From Anaerolineae bacterium (lineage in GTDB: Bacteria > Chloroflexota > Anaerolineae > Aggregatilineales > Ch27), in the NCBI GenBank assembly GCA_034430555.1, contig DAOUEM010000495.1, positions 12,148 through 76,147 on the forward strand: a stretch of DNA of 64,000 nt, given 5' to 3'. Positions 1 to 9,619 of the stretch are shown piece after piece. Each line of letters begins with the position of its first letter. The stretch's first letter is position 1. A program made the translations under genes and the position numbers. The notes beneath the pieces are model-generated. The model worked only from the letters and a program-made list of their open reading frames with translations. It was not told the DNA's origin and did no database searches.

Positions 1-150
1 TTGCAGGCCAGTATGCCCACTGCAGTGATGGCCGGCGTCTTCGCCACCGAGTTCGACAGCGACGCGGAATTCACCACCGCCGTGATCCTGGTCAGCACGC
101 TGCTCAGCATGGTGACCCTGACCGGGCTGCTGGTGCTGCTGGGGCCGTGA
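1..150 (+). CDS. C-terminal fragment of an AEC (auxin-efflux-carrier / malate-permease-like) family membrane transporter; 5' end lies outside the window
   Basis: Frame 1 is open from the window edge to TGA 148-150. Translation ...AGVFATEFDSDAEFTTAVILVSTLLSMVTLTGLLVLLGP ends in a hydrophobic TM helix typical of AEC-family C-termini. Not in the ORF track because it has no start in the window. Confidence 0.5.
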   Translation: MQASMPTAVMAGVFATEFDSDAEFTTAVILVSTLLSMVTLTGLLVLLGP

Positions 151-267
151 GCACCCGGCTGCCAGGATGGCGCATTGTCCATGAGATTTGGTTATGCCTA
201 TCACTATTCACCGCCGCAAAAAACGATAGAAATCACAGGTAAAATAGATCGGCTGTAAGGAGCAGCT

Positions 268-405
268 ATGGTTTCGACACGCGCGATCGTTCGTCGCCGC
301 CACATAACGCGTCACATGACGCGTCAAATGACGCCCCATCTGACTTTTACCCGTACGCTGCAGGCGGCGCGATCCGCCGCGCGGCACACACAGAGGATGG
401 TCTGA
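268..405 (+). CDS. Possible 45-aa highly basic small ORF or leader peptide (MVSTRAIVRRRHITRHMTRQMTPHLTFTRTLQAARSAARHTQRMV)
   Basis: ATG 268 sits 5 nt after TAAGGAG (256-262). Stop TGA 403-405 lies 4 nt before the ATG of the next gene. It is below the size cut-off of the ORF track. Third-position GC (about 68% by my count) looks lower than in the neighbouring genes (not counted there), so coding status is uncertain. Confidence 0.25.
   Translation: MVSTRAIVRRRHITRHMTRQMTPHLTFTRTLQAARSAARHTQRMV
305..335. promoter_or_regulatory. Tandem ACGCGTCA(N)ATG motif (2.4 copies) containing the perfect palindrome TGACGCGTCA; candidate operator
   Basis: ACGCGTCA at 307-314 and 319-326, ACGCC at 331-335. 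TGACGCGTCA at 317-326 is self-complementary. The motif lies about 85-100 bp upstream of the 410 start. Confidence 0.3.
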
Positions 406-409
406 AAGA

Positions 410-1168
410 ATGGCTAATCTTGCCCCGATCAGTATCCAGCTTTGGACCGTGCGCGAGTTGATGCAAGAGGACTTCGCCGGCGTGATCCGGCAGATCGCCG
501 AGATCGGTTATGTCGGCGTGGAGCCGTTCGGCGCGCCCGATAACCTGCAGGAAGCAGCGCGCCTGTACAAAGAGCTGGGCTTGCAGGTCCCCAGCGCCCA
601 CGTGCCCTTCCCCCTGGGCGAAAACCAGGCCACGGTCCTGGCCATCGCCGAGGCTTACGAGTTGGCGTATATCGTCTCCGGGCGCGGCCCCGACTACTTC
701 AAAACGGTGGACGACATCAAGCGCACCTGCGAAGACTTCAACGAAGCCGGGCGCTTCGCCGCCGAAAACGGCTACACGTTCGGCGTTCATAACCACTGGT
801 GGGAGTACCTCCAGGTGGATGGGCGCTACGCCTACGAATACATGAAGGAATGGGTCGACCCCGCCGTCACCTTCCAGCTGGACACCTACTGGATCCAGGT
901 GAGCGGGCCGGACCCGGTCGCCATCGTGGCGGAAAATGGCGCGCGCGCGCCGCTGCTGCACATCAAAGACGGCCCCGCCGACCGCGAAAAGAACATGACC
1001 GCCCTGGGCGACGGCGTGATCGACGTGCCCGGCATCGTGCAGGCCAGCCAGGCACACACTGAGTGGCTGATCTACGAGATGGATCGCTGCGATACCGACG
1101 TGATGGAAGCCGTTCGCAAGAGCTACCAGTATATGATAGGGGAGGGCCTGGCCCGTGGAAACCGCTAA
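410..1168 (+). CDS. Sugar phosphate isomerase/epimerase (xylose-isomerase-like TIM barrel)
   Basis: 252-aa ORF. Family-typical segments GYVGVEPF, FGVHNHWWE and LLHIKD. Confidence 0.8.
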   Translation: MANLAPISIQLWTVRELMQEDFAGVIRQIAEIGYVGVEPFGAPDNLQEAARLYKELGLQVPSAHVPFPLGENQATVLAIAEAYELAYIVSGRGPDYFKTVDDIKRTCEDFNEAGRFAAENGYTFGVHNHWWEYLQVDGRYAYEYMKEWVDPAVTFQLDTYWIQVSGPDPVAIVAENGARAPLLHIKDGPADREKNMTALGDGVIDVPGIVQASQAHTEWLIYEMDRCDTDVMEAVRKSYQYMIGEGLARGNR

Positions 1169-2252
1169 AGTTGGTATCATCGGCTGCGGCAACATCGCCC
1201 CGCAGTACGTCAAGGGCTGCCGTGCCTTCAATATCCTGGAAGTAACGACCTGCGCCGACATCAAGGCGGAAAAAGCCCAGACGCTGGCCGACGTGTACGA
1301 CCTGAAAGCCCTCAGCGTGGCAGACCTGCTGGCCGATCCGGCCATCGACATCGTGATCAACCTGACCGTGCCCCAGGTCCACGCCGAAGTCAGTCAGGCG
1401 ATCATCGCCGCCGGCAAACACGTGCACAGCGAAAAACCGCTGGGCATGAACCGCCAGGAAGGCCGGCAAATCCTGGAAGCGGCCAAACAGGCCGGAGTCC
1501 GAGCAGGCTGCGCACCGGATACGTTCCTGGGCGGCGGCTTGCAAACCTGCCGCAAGCTGATCGACGACGGCGCGATCGGCGAGCCGGTGGCGGCGACGGC
1601 CTTCATGGCCAGCCACGGGCCGGAAGGCTGGCACCCCAACCCGGAGTTCTTTTACAAACCGGGCGGCGGCCCGCTCTTCGACATGGGGCCGTATTACATC
1701 ACGGCGCTGGTGCACCTGCTGGGCGCGGTCAAGTCGGTGACCGGCTCGGCCCGCATCTCCTTCCCGGAGCGCATTGCTACCAGCCCGGAGAAAAACGGCC
1801 TGCGCATCGGCGTAGAGGTGCCCACCCACGTGGCCGGCGTGTTCGATTTCGCCGCCGGACCGGTGGCGACCTTCATCACCAGCTTCGACGTGTGGGCGCA
1901 CACCCTGCCGCGCATCGAGATTTACGGCTCGGAGGGGTCGCTGTCGGTGCCCGATCCGAACATCTTCGAGGGGCCGGTCCACCTGTGGGAAAAAAGCACC
2001 GGCGACTGGCGCGAGGTCGAGCTGACGCACAGCGGCGAGGTGCGGCGCGGCGTCGGCGTGGCCGACATGGCCTACGGCCTGAAGTCCGGGCGCACGCACC
2101 GGGCCAGCGGCGACCTGGCCTTCCACGTGTTGGACGTCATGGAAACACTGATCGAGGCTGCCGAGCAGAACAAACGCCTGGACCTGGCCAGCGCCCCAGA
2201 GCGCCCGTCAGCGCTGCCTACCGGCCTGCCGAAAGGCGAACTGGACACCTGA
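1155..2252 (+). CDS. Gfo/Idh/MocA family NAD(P)-dependent oxidoreductase
   Basis: N-terminal Rossmann motif KVGIIGCGNIA and EKPL motif (HVHSEKPLG). GTG start overlaps the upstream gene by 14 nt. Confidence 0.85.
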   Translation: METAKVGIIGCGNIAPQYVKGCRAFNILEVTTCADIKAEKAQTLADVYDLKALSVADLLADPAIDIVINLTVPQVHAEVSQAIIAAGKHVHSEKPLGMNRQEGRQILEAAKQAGVRAGCAPDTFLGGGLQTCRKLIDDGAIGEPVAATAFMASHGPEGWHPNPEFFYKPGGGPLFDMGPYYITALVHLLGAVKSVTGSARISFPERIATSPEKNGLRIGVEVPTHVAGVFDFAAGPVATFITSFDVWAHTLPRIEIYGSEGSLSVPDPNIFEGPVHLWEKSTGDWREVELTHSGEVRRGVGVADMAYGLKSGRTHRASGDLAFHVLDVMETLIEAAEQNKRLDLASAPERPSALPTGLPKGELDT

Positions 2253-2284
2253 TCCACGGGGCCGGTGCGAACATCGTATATCGT

Positions 2285-2322
2285 GGGGTGATGCGGCAGG
2301 GACAAAACCCCGGCATCACCCC
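2285..2322 (+). terminator. Stem-loop after the oxidoreductase gene (10-bp perfect stem GGGGTGATGC / GCATCACCCC, 18-nt loop)
   Basis: Arms at 2285-2294 and 2313-2322. No U-tract follows, so terminator function is uncertain. Confidence 0.3.
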
Positions 2323-2450
2323 CGTTGCCAACCCATCCCCGGCAAACGCGCAGTTTTCCTGGCAGCAGCCTCTGGCAGAGGCCTGGCAACGGGCCAGGTT
2401 CTACAGCATAATCCGGGCACGTTTTTCCTCACCTCAAAAAGGTTAGTAGC

Positions 2451-5102
2451 ATGAGCGATATCAGCCCCCACTTTCGCATCCCAATGGCACCCGCCGCCGA
2501 CCCGGCTGCCGTCGTCAGCGGGCCGCAGGTGCGGTTTACGGTGCTCACTTCGCGCCTGCTGCGGCTGGAAACCAGCCCGACCGGCCATTTCGAGGACCGG
2601 GCCAGCCAGCCCTTCTGGTACCGGCGGCAGCCCGTGCCGGAATACCAGGTCACACAGGACGATAACCACATCGAGATCATTACTGCGGACCTGCACCTGC
2701 GCTACGAGACCCGGACCGGTCCTTTCACGCCCGATTCGCTCAAAATTACCCTGCACGAGGACGGCACCGTCTGGCACTACGGCGATGCGAATCCCGGCAA
2801 CCTGCGGGGCACCACCCGCACGCTGGACAACATCGACGGCGCGCTGCCGCTGGAACCAGGGCTGCTCTCGCGGGCCGGGTGGGCGATAGTAGATGACTCA
2901 AGCACCCTGGTTTTTGACGAGAACTGCTGGCTGACCATACGCGAGCCGGGGGGCCAGGACCTCTACTTCTTCGGCTACGGGCGCGATTACGGGGCCTGCC
3001 TGCGCGATTACGCTGCCCTGACCGGCCCGGTCCCACTGCTGCCGCGCTGGGCGCTGGGCAACTGGTGGAGCCGCTTCTGGCCCTACAGCGACGCGGAACT
3101 GACCGGCTTGATGCAGGACTTCGCCGCGCACGAGGTGCCGCTCAGCGTGTGCATCGTCGACATCGACTGGCACATCCGGCAGACGGGCAACGAGTCCGGT
3201 GGCTGGACGGGCTACACCTGGAACCGCGACCTGTTCCCCGACCCGGCGGGCTTCATTCGCTGGCTGCACGACCACGACCTCAAAACCGCGCTCAACCTGC
3301 ACCCGGCGGACGGCATCCACCCGCACGAGGCCCAGTACGAAGAGATGGCGCTGGCCCTGGACGTCGACCCGGCCAGTCAGGAACCGGTGCCCTTCGACAT
3401 CGCCAGACCGCGCTTCACCAAAGCCTACTTCGAAATCCTGCACCACCCGCTGGAAGCACAAGGCGTGGACTTCTGGTGGATGGACTGGCAGCAGGGCACG
3501 CAAAGCAAGATGCCCGGCCTGGACCCGCTGTGGTGGCTCAACCACCTGCATTTTTACGACCTGGGGCGCAATGGCCGTAAGCGCCCGTTCATCTTCTCGC
3601 GGTGGGGCGGGCTGGGCAACCACCGCTACCCCATCGGCTTCTCCGGCGACACGGTGATCTCCTGGGAGTCGCTGGCCTACCAGCCCTTCTTCACGGCGAC
3701 GGCGGCCAACGTGCTCTACGGCTGGTGGAGCCACGATATCGGCGGGCACCTGGGCGGCATCGAAGACCCGGAGCTGTACACCCGCTGGGTGCAGTACGGC
3801 GTCTTCAGCCCGATCAATCGGCTGCACAGCACGGCCAACCCCTTCCACGAGCGGCGGCCCTGGGGTTACGACCGCGAAGTGGCGCACCTCACGAAGGATG
3901 CCATGCAGCTCCGCCACGCCCTGGTCCCCTACCTGTACACGATGGCCTGGCGCTGCCACCGGGAAGCCGCGCCGCCCATCGCGCCCATGTACCACGAACA
4001 TCCCGAACGTGAGGAAGCCTACTTCTGCCCCAACCAGTATACGTTCGGCAGTGAGCTGATTGCCGCGCCGTACATCGCCCCCGCCGATCCCGACACACGG
4101 CTGAGCCGGCAGGTGGTCTGGCTGCCGCCGGGCGACTGGTTCGGCTTTTTCGACGGGCAGTATTACCAGGGCGATACCTGGACGGCCTGTTATGGCGGGC
4201 TGGATGACATCCCGGTGTTTGCCAGGGCGGGCGCGATCGTGCCGCTGGGGCCGAAGTCCGGCGCGTTTGGCGTCGCCAATCCCGACCACCTGACGGTCAA
4301 TATTTTCCCCGGCGCGGACAACACCTTCGTGCTGTACGAAGACGACGGCGAAACGTCGGCCTTTAACGAGCGGCGTTACGCGCTGACCACCTTCGTCCAG
4401 GCGTGGCAGGAGCGGCGGCTGGCCTTCGGCATCGAACCGGTGGCCGGCGACGTGACGCAGGCGCCCGCCCGGCGCAGCTATACCCTGGTTTTCCGCGGCT
4501 TACACCGGCCGGCGCAGGTCGCGCTGACCGTCAACGGGGCCAGCCTGATGCCGGATGTCGCCTATGACGAAACAACCGACACGCTGACGGTAACCGGCCT
4601 CTCGCTCACGCCCGCCGACCGCCTGTCGCTGACGCTGGTCGCCGACGCCGGTTCGCTGCTGTGCCGGCGCGACCGGGCCGCTCAAACCTGCCTCAAGCTG
4701 CTGAAGGCGTTCAAGGCCGAGAGTTGGGCCAAACGCAGCCTGTACGAACGGCTGGCGGAACTGGCCGGCGCGGAGGGGAACTACAACCTCCAACCTTTAT
4801 TGGATGAATGGGCGCAGCTGGAGCCGGCCCATCTCCAGGCGCTGGTCGAAGTGATCACGGGAGCAGGCATGGTCCACCTCACCAACACCGACGACGAACT
4901 GCTCGTCCTGTGGAACAACCGCCGCTCCCCCGACGTGCGCTACCAGTGGTACATCAAGGATCACCCCTTCCGCTCCCGGACGGCGGACGGCCCCGTGCCC
5001 CGCTCTTCGGCCATCAACCTGACGGCGGTGCAGCCTATCAAGTGGAAGCTCAAGGTGGATTACGCGGGCCTGGTGAGCGTGGTCCTGGGGGGCGAGCGCT
5101 GA
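2451..5102 (+). CDS. Glycoside hydrolase family 31 (alpha-glucosidase/alpha-xylosidase-like)
   Basis: 883 aa. GH31-type blocks VDFWWMDWQQG, FIFSRWGGLGNHRYPIGFSGD, GWWSHDIGGH and FSPINRLHS. Confidence 0.9.
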   Translation: MSDISPHFRIPMAPAADPAAVVSGPQVRFTVLTSRLLRLETSPTGHFEDRASQPFWYRRQPVPEYQVTQDDNHIEIITADLHLRYETRTGPFTPDSLKITLHEDGTVWHYGDANPGNLRGTTRTLDNIDGALPLEPGLLSRAGWAIVDDSSTLVFDENCWLTIREPGGQDLYFFGYGRDYGACLRDYAALTGPVPLLPRWALGNWWSRFWPYSDAELTGLMQDFAAHEVPLSVCIVDIDWHIRQTGNESGGWTGYTWNRDLFPDPAGFIRWLHDHDLKTALNLHPADGIHPHEAQYEEMALALDVDPASQEPVPFDIARPRFTKAYFEILHHPLEAQGVDFWWMDWQQGTQSKMPGLDPLWWLNHLHFYDLGRNGRKRPFIFSRWGGLGNHRYPIGFSGDTVISWESLAYQPFFTATAANVLYGWWSHDIGGHLGGIEDPELYTRWVQYGVFSPINRLHSTANPFHERRPWGYDREVAHLTKDAMQLRHALVPYLYTMAWRCHREAAPPIAPMYHEHPEREEAYFCPNQYTFGSELIAAPYIAPADPDTRLSRQVVWLPPGDWFGFFDGQYYQGDTWTACYGGLDDIPVFARAGAIVPLGPKSGAFGVANPDHLTVNIFPGADNTFVLYEDDGETSAFNERRYALTTFVQAWQERRLAFGIEPVAGDVTQAPARRSYTLVFRGLHRPAQVALTVNGASLMPDVAYDETTDTLTVTGLSLTPADRLSLTLVADAGSLLCRRDRAAQTCLKLLKAFKAESWAKRSLYERLAELAGAEGNYNLQPLLDEWAQLEPAHLQALVEVITGAGMVHLTNTDDELLVLWNNRRSPDVRYQWYIKDHPFRSRTADGPVPRSSAINLTAVQPIKWKLKVDYAGLVSVVLGGER

Positions 5103-6088
5103 TGAGTATGCACATCGACCTGCCCGACCTGGGCCGTTTTTCGCCGAATTCCGGCCTGGTGGCGCTGGACAGTTGCAGCGACGGGCGGCACGCGGTCGGG
5201 CGGGATGGCGTGACGGCCATCGCGGCCACCGGCGACGGCAAGGTCGAGTTCATCGGCTGGGCAGACCACACGCTGGCCTATGTCAAATCGGCGATGGGCT
5301 ACCCGGCCTACTACCCCGTGCACCCGGTGGCGCTGGAGAAACCGGTCCGGGCAGTGCTGATGGACCTGGACGGCACCAGCGTGCGCAGCGAGGACTTCTG
5401 GGTGTGGATCATCCAGCAGACCATCGGCACGCTGCGCGGCGACCCGGCCTTCGAGCTGGCGGATGCCGACCTGCCGTATGTGTCCGGACACAGCGTCTCC
5501 GAGCATTTGCAGTACGGCATCGAGCGGTACTGCCCGGAAAAAACAGTGGAAGAAGCACGGCGCGCCTACTTCGCCCATACGCACCGCGAGATGCAGGCCA
5601 TCCTGGCGGGGGAGGGCCGGGCCGACGCCTTCGTGCCCACGCCGGGCCTGAAGGACTTCCTGCTGGCGCTCAAGGACCGGGGTATCAAGATCGGGCTGGT
5701 GACCTCCGGCCTGTACGAAAAAGCCTACCCGGAGATCGTGTCGGCCTTCCGCCAGTTGAAGATGGGCGCGCCGGAGGACTTCTACGATACGATCATCACG
5801 GCGGGTTACCCGCTGCGACCGGGCAGCACGGGCACGCTGGGCGAACTCTCGCCCAAGCCGCATCCCTGGCTCTATGCGGAGACATGCCGGGTGGGGCTGG
5901 GTTTGCCGTTCGAGGCGCGAGGGAAGGTGGTCGGCATCGAAGACAGCGGGGCGGGCGTGTGCAGCATCCGGCTGGCCGGCTTCACCACGATCGGGCTGGC
6001 CGGGGGCAACATCATCGAGAGCGGCACGCGCGCCCTGTGCGACTTTTACGCGGGTACGTTCGAGGCGATCCTGGCCTACCTGGACTGA
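5102..6088 (+). CDS. HAD-superfamily hydrolase with an approximately 90-aa N-terminal extension
   Basis: ATG 5102 overlaps the GH31 stop (ATGA). HAD motif I is LMDLDGTSV and motif IV is GIEDSGAGV. The longer track ORF (from 4808) overlaps the GH31 C-terminus and is rejected. Confidence 0.75.
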   Translation: MSMHIDLPDLGRFSPNSGLVALDSCSDGRHAVGRDGVTAIAATGDGKVEFIGWADHTLAYVKSAMGYPAYYPVHPVALEKPVRAVLMDLDGTSVRSEDFWVWIIQQTIGTLRGDPAFELADADLPYVSGHSVSEHLQYGIERYCPEKTVEEARRAYFAHTHREMQAILAGEGRADAFVPTPGLKDFLLALKDRGIKIGLVTSGLYEKAYPEIVSAFRQLKMGAPEDFYDTIITAGYPLRPGSTGTLGELSPKPHPWLYAETCRVGLGLPFEARGKVVGIEDSGAGVCSIRLAGFTTIGLAGGNIIESGTRALCDFYAGTFEAILAYLD

Positions 6089-6141
6089 GCCGGGATCGCT
6101 GTTTGAAAACCTGATATCGTCCAAAGAGGGGGAAGGCGCTG

Positions 6142-7593
6142 ATGGCCGAGACACACGTGATCGCCGTTGACCTGGGTGCGGAGTCGGGGCGCGTGATGCG
6201 CGTGGGCTTCGACGGAGCGGCGCTCAGCCTGGCGGAAGTGTACCGTTTTCCCAACGTGCCGGTCGAGGTGCGGGGCACGCTCTACTGGGATGTCCTGCGC
6301 CTGTGGCAGGCGATCACGACCGGCATCCAGGCGGCAGGCGAGGCCGCCGCGGCAGGCAAGGCCGCCGGCATCGGCGTGGACACCTGGGGCGTCGACTTCG
6401 CCCTGCTGGACCGCGACGGCAATCTGCTGGCCAACCCGGTCCACTACCGGGACAGCCGCACCGACGGTTTGATGGACTGGGTATTTGAGCGGGTGCCGCG
6501 CCGGGCCGTCTTCCAGCGGACGGGCATCCAGTTTATGCAGCTCAATACCCTGTACCAACTGGCCGCGCTGGTCCGGGCGGGCAGTCCCCTGCTGGACTAT
6601 GCAGAGACGCTGCTCACCATCCCCAACCTGCTCAACTACTGGCTGTGTGGGGCGCGTCTCAACGAGTTCACCCACGCCACGACCACCCAGTGCTTCAACC
6701 CGCTGCTGGCCGACTGGGACCGCGCTACGCTGGAACCACTGGGCATCCCGGCGGACCTGTTCGCGCCGGTGGCCCAGCCGGGGACGCAGATCGGCCAATA
6801 CCAGGGCATCCCGGTGATCCTGCCGGCCACCCACGATACGGGCAGCGCCGTGGTGGCCGTGCCCGCCCGCACGCCCAACTTCGCCTACCTCAGCAGCGGC
6901 ACCTGGAGCCTGATCGGCCTGGAAGTCACCGAACCGGTCATCGACGACCGCTCCTACGCGGCCAACGTCACCAACGAGGGCGGGGTCGGCGGCACCTACC
7001 GCCTGCTGAAAAACGTGATGGGCCTATGGCTGGCCCAGCAGTGCCGTTTTACCTGGCGCGGCGAAGGCCAGGAGTATAGTTGGGACGAGCTGACCGCCGC
7101 GGCTGCCGATGCGCCGCCCTTCCGCTGCCTGATCGATCCCGACGACCCGGCCTTCCTGCCGCCCGGCGATATGCCCGCCCGCATCCGCGAGTACTGCCGG
7201 CGCACGGGCCAGCCCGCCCCGGAGACGGTGGGCCAGTTCATGCGGGCTGTTTACGAAAGCCTGGCGCTCAAATACCGCCATGCGCTGGACCAACTCACCA
7301 CCCTGGCCGGACGCCCGGTGGATCGCCTGCATATCATCGGCGGCGGGGCGCGGGCCACCATCCTGTGCCAGATGACGGCCGACGCCACCGGGCAGACCGT
7401 GGTCGCCGGGCCGTACGAGGCCACCGCGCTCGGCAACGGCATCGTGCAGTTGATCACGCTGGGACGTATCGCCGACGTAGCGCAGGCGCGAGCACTCTTG
7501 AGCGATACGACGGAGGAGATCGCCATCTACGAGCCGCAGGCCACCGCCTGGGATGAGGCTTACGGGCGCTTCCGGGCGCTGCTGAATCCGTAG
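6142..7593 (+). CDS. rhaB: FGGY-family carbohydrate kinase, rhamnulokinase-like
   Basis: VIAVDLGAESGRV, YRFPN, GVDTWGVDFALLD, HYRDSRT, ATTTQ and LKNVMGLWL match the RhaB-type pattern as I remember it. A GAGGGGGAAGG ribosome-binding site precedes the start. Confidence 0.8.
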   Translation: MAETHVIAVDLGAESGRVMRVGFDGAALSLAEVYRFPNVPVEVRGTLYWDVLRLWQAITTGIQAAGEAAAAGKAAGIGVDTWGVDFALLDRDGNLLANPVHYRDSRTDGLMDWVFERVPRRAVFQRTGIQFMQLNTLYQLAALVRAGSPLLDYAETLLTIPNLLNYWLCGARLNEFTHATTTQCFNPLLADWDRATLEPLGIPADLFAPVAQPGTQIGQYQGIPVILPATHDTGSAVVAVPARTPNFAYLSSGTWSLIGLEVTEPVIDDRSYAANVTNEGGVGGTYRLLKNVMGLWLAQQCRFTWRGEGQEYSWDELTAAAADAPPFRCLIDPDDPAFLPPGDMPARIREYCRRTGQPAPETVGQFMRAVYESLALKYRHALDQLTTLAGRPVDRLHIIGGGARATILCQMTADATGQTVVAGPYEATALGNGIVQLITLGRIADVAQARALLSDTTEEIAIYEPQATAWDEAYGRFRALLNP

Positions 7594-7817
7594 CACCCGG
7601 TAGAAGCGGCATTTGTGAGGAACGTGTAATCGACTTTGGGCCGAATGACGCAACGACCCACCGTTGATTCGTGTTACCCTGTTATGAGGATCCCCTATTG
7701 GGGAATGAAGCCCCCGCCAACCGCTCACTCGTCGCCGCCTGCGTGGGGCATGACCGTGCCAATGATATGCCATCGAGCAGGTGGCATCGACAATCAGACA
7801 CCAGGGAGAAATGACTT

Positions 7818-9617
7818 ATGGAAGGCTGGGCTGGAAAAATACTGGAACTCAACCTGACCGACGGTTCGGTCGCCGACACGCCGCTCGATATGGAGATGGC
7901 CCGCCTGTTCCTGGGGGGCCGCGGCCTGGGCGCACGGCTGCTGTGGGACCTGGTCGGGCCGGAAGTAGCGCCGCTCTCGCCGGAGAACGTGCTGATCTTC
8001 GCCACCGGGCCGCTCACCGCCAGCGGCGCACAGACCAGCAACCGCTTCTCCGTCAGCACCAAAAGCCCGCTGACCGGCACCATCCTGGATGCCAACAGCG
8101 GCGGCTGGTGGGGCATGCAGTTCAAGCGCACTGGCTACGACGTCCTGATCGTGCGCGGTAAGGCGGCGCGCCCGACCTGGATCGAGATCACCCCGGCGGG
8201 GATAACGTTCCACGAAGCCGACGATTTGTGGGGGCAGAGCGTCTTCGCCACGACGGAAGCCCTCGGTCAGAACAACAACCGCCGCAACGTGCTGTGCATC
8301 GGCCCGGCGGGCGAAAACCTGGGCCTGATGGCCGCCATCATGAACGACGGCACGCGCTCACTGGCGCGGGGCGGTCCCGGCGCGGTGATGGGCAGCAAAA
8401 ACCTCAAGGCCATCGTGGTGGAAGGCCAAGAAAAGAACCAGCCCAAGGACAAAGACCAGTTTAAGTTCGTGCTGTACGAGACGAACAAGATGATCAAACA
8501 AAGCCCGCTGACCTCCAAGGCGCTGCCGGAGTTCGGCACGGCGGCGGTGATGAACGTGGTCAATGAGATCGGCGCGCTGCCCACCCGCAACTTCCAGCAG
8601 AGCCAGTTCGAGGGCGCGGATAACATCAGCGGCGAGCGCATGACCGAGACCATCCTGGTGCGCAAGCAGGCCTGCTGGGCCTGCCCGATCGCCTGCACGC
8701 GCGTCACCAAGACCTCCCGCGCCGAGGGCGAAGGCCCGGAGTACGAATCGACGTGGGCGCTGGGCGCGCAGTGCGGCATCGACGACCTGGAGTTGATCGC
8801 GGAAGCCAACTACCTGTGCAATGACATGGGGCTGGATACCATCTCGACGGGCAATACCATCGGCTGCGCCATGGAACTGGCCCAGCGCGGCCTGATCAAG
8901 ACCGACCTGGCCTTCGGGCGGGCCGACCTGCTGGCCGACACCATCCGCGATATCGCCTACCGCCGCGGCCTGGGCGACGACATGGCCGAAGGCAGCTACC
9001 GCTTCGCCGAAAAGTACGGCGCGGCGGAGTTCTCCATGACCGCTAAAAAACTGGAGCTGCCCGCTTACGATCCGCGCGGCATGCAGGGCCAGGGTCTGCT
9101 CTATGCGACCTCCAACCGGGGCGGCTGCCACATGCGCGGCAACATGCTCGGCCCGGAGGTGCTGGCGCTGCCCCGCCTGGTCGACCGGCTGGCGACGCAG
9201 GGTAAAGCCGGCATCGTGGCCCGCCACCAGGACACCGCCGCCGTGGTGGACAGCCTGGTCGTGTGTAAATTCACCAACATGGCCGTGGCCGAGGAGTACT
9301 TCGCCCGCCAGTTGACGGCCATCACCGGCATCACCTTCACCGCCGCCGACCTGAGCCGCATCGGCGAGCGCATCTACGTGCTGGAACGCCTCTACAACCT
9401 GCGGGAAGGCTTCACCCGCGCCGACGATACGCTGCCGGACCGCCTGCTCAACGAGCCGGTGACCGACGGCCCCAGCGCCGGGTTCACCGTCAACCTGGAA
9501 CCGATGCTGGCAGAATATTACGCCTTCCGTGGCTGGGACCAGGACGGCGTGCCCACGGCGGAGACCCTCAAACTGTTCGAACTCGACTCACTGGTCACAG
9601 CGCCGGAAGGAGCCTGA
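7818..9617 (+). CDS. aor: Aldehyde:ferredoxin oxidoreductase (tungsten/molybdopterin AOR family)
   Basis: 599 aa. N-terminal AFOR_N-like GKILELNLTDGS...GGRGLGARLL. 4Fe-4S ligand block CWACPIAC. AGGGAG ribosome-binding site. Confidence 0.9.
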   Translation: MEGWAGKILELNLTDGSVADTPLDMEMARLFLGGRGLGARLLWDLVGPEVAPLSPENVLIFATGPLTASGAQTSNRFSVSTKSPLTGTILDANSGGWWGMQFKRTGYDVLIVRGKAARPTWIEITPAGITFHEADDLWGQSVFATTEALGQNNNRRNVLCIGPAGENLGLMAAIMNDGTRSLARGGPGAVMGSKNLKAIVVEGQEKNQPKDKDQFKFVLYETNKMIKQSPLTSKALPEFGTAAVMNVVNEIGALPTRNFQQSQFEGADNISGERMTETILVRKQACWACPIACTRVTKTSRAEGEGPEYESTWALGAQCGIDDLELIAEANYLCNDMGLDTISTGNTIGCAMELAQRGLIKTDLAFGRADLLADTIRDIAYRRGLGDDMAEGSYRFAEKYGAAEFSMTAKKLELPAYDPRGMQGQGLLYATSNRGGCHMRGNMLGPEVLALPRLVDRLATQGKAGIVARHQDTAAVVDSLVVCKFTNMAVAEEYFARQLTAITGITFTAADLSRIGERIYVLERLYNLREGFTRADDTLPDRLLNEPVTDGPSAGFTVNLEPMLAEYYAFRGWDQDGVPTAETLKLFELDSLVTAPEGA

Positions 9618-9619
9618 AG

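Noticed and set aside
2368-2382. The 15-bp palindrome GCCTCTG-G-CAGAGGC and nearby CCTGGCA repeats upstream of the GH31 gene, considered as an operator.
   Set aside because: It is short and GC-rich, with a single occurrence in the window. Chance occurrence is plausible in high-GC DNA, so it is not reported as a feature.
7594-7817. The 224-bp leader upstream of the pterin-dependent AOR gene, considered as a Moco (molybdenum/tungsten cofactor) riboswitch.
   Set aside because: I could not find the conserved Moco-motif junction sequences as I remember them, only small local hairpins (ATGCCA/TGGCAT, CCCC-TATT-GGGG). An Infernal scan with the Rfam Moco model would settle it.
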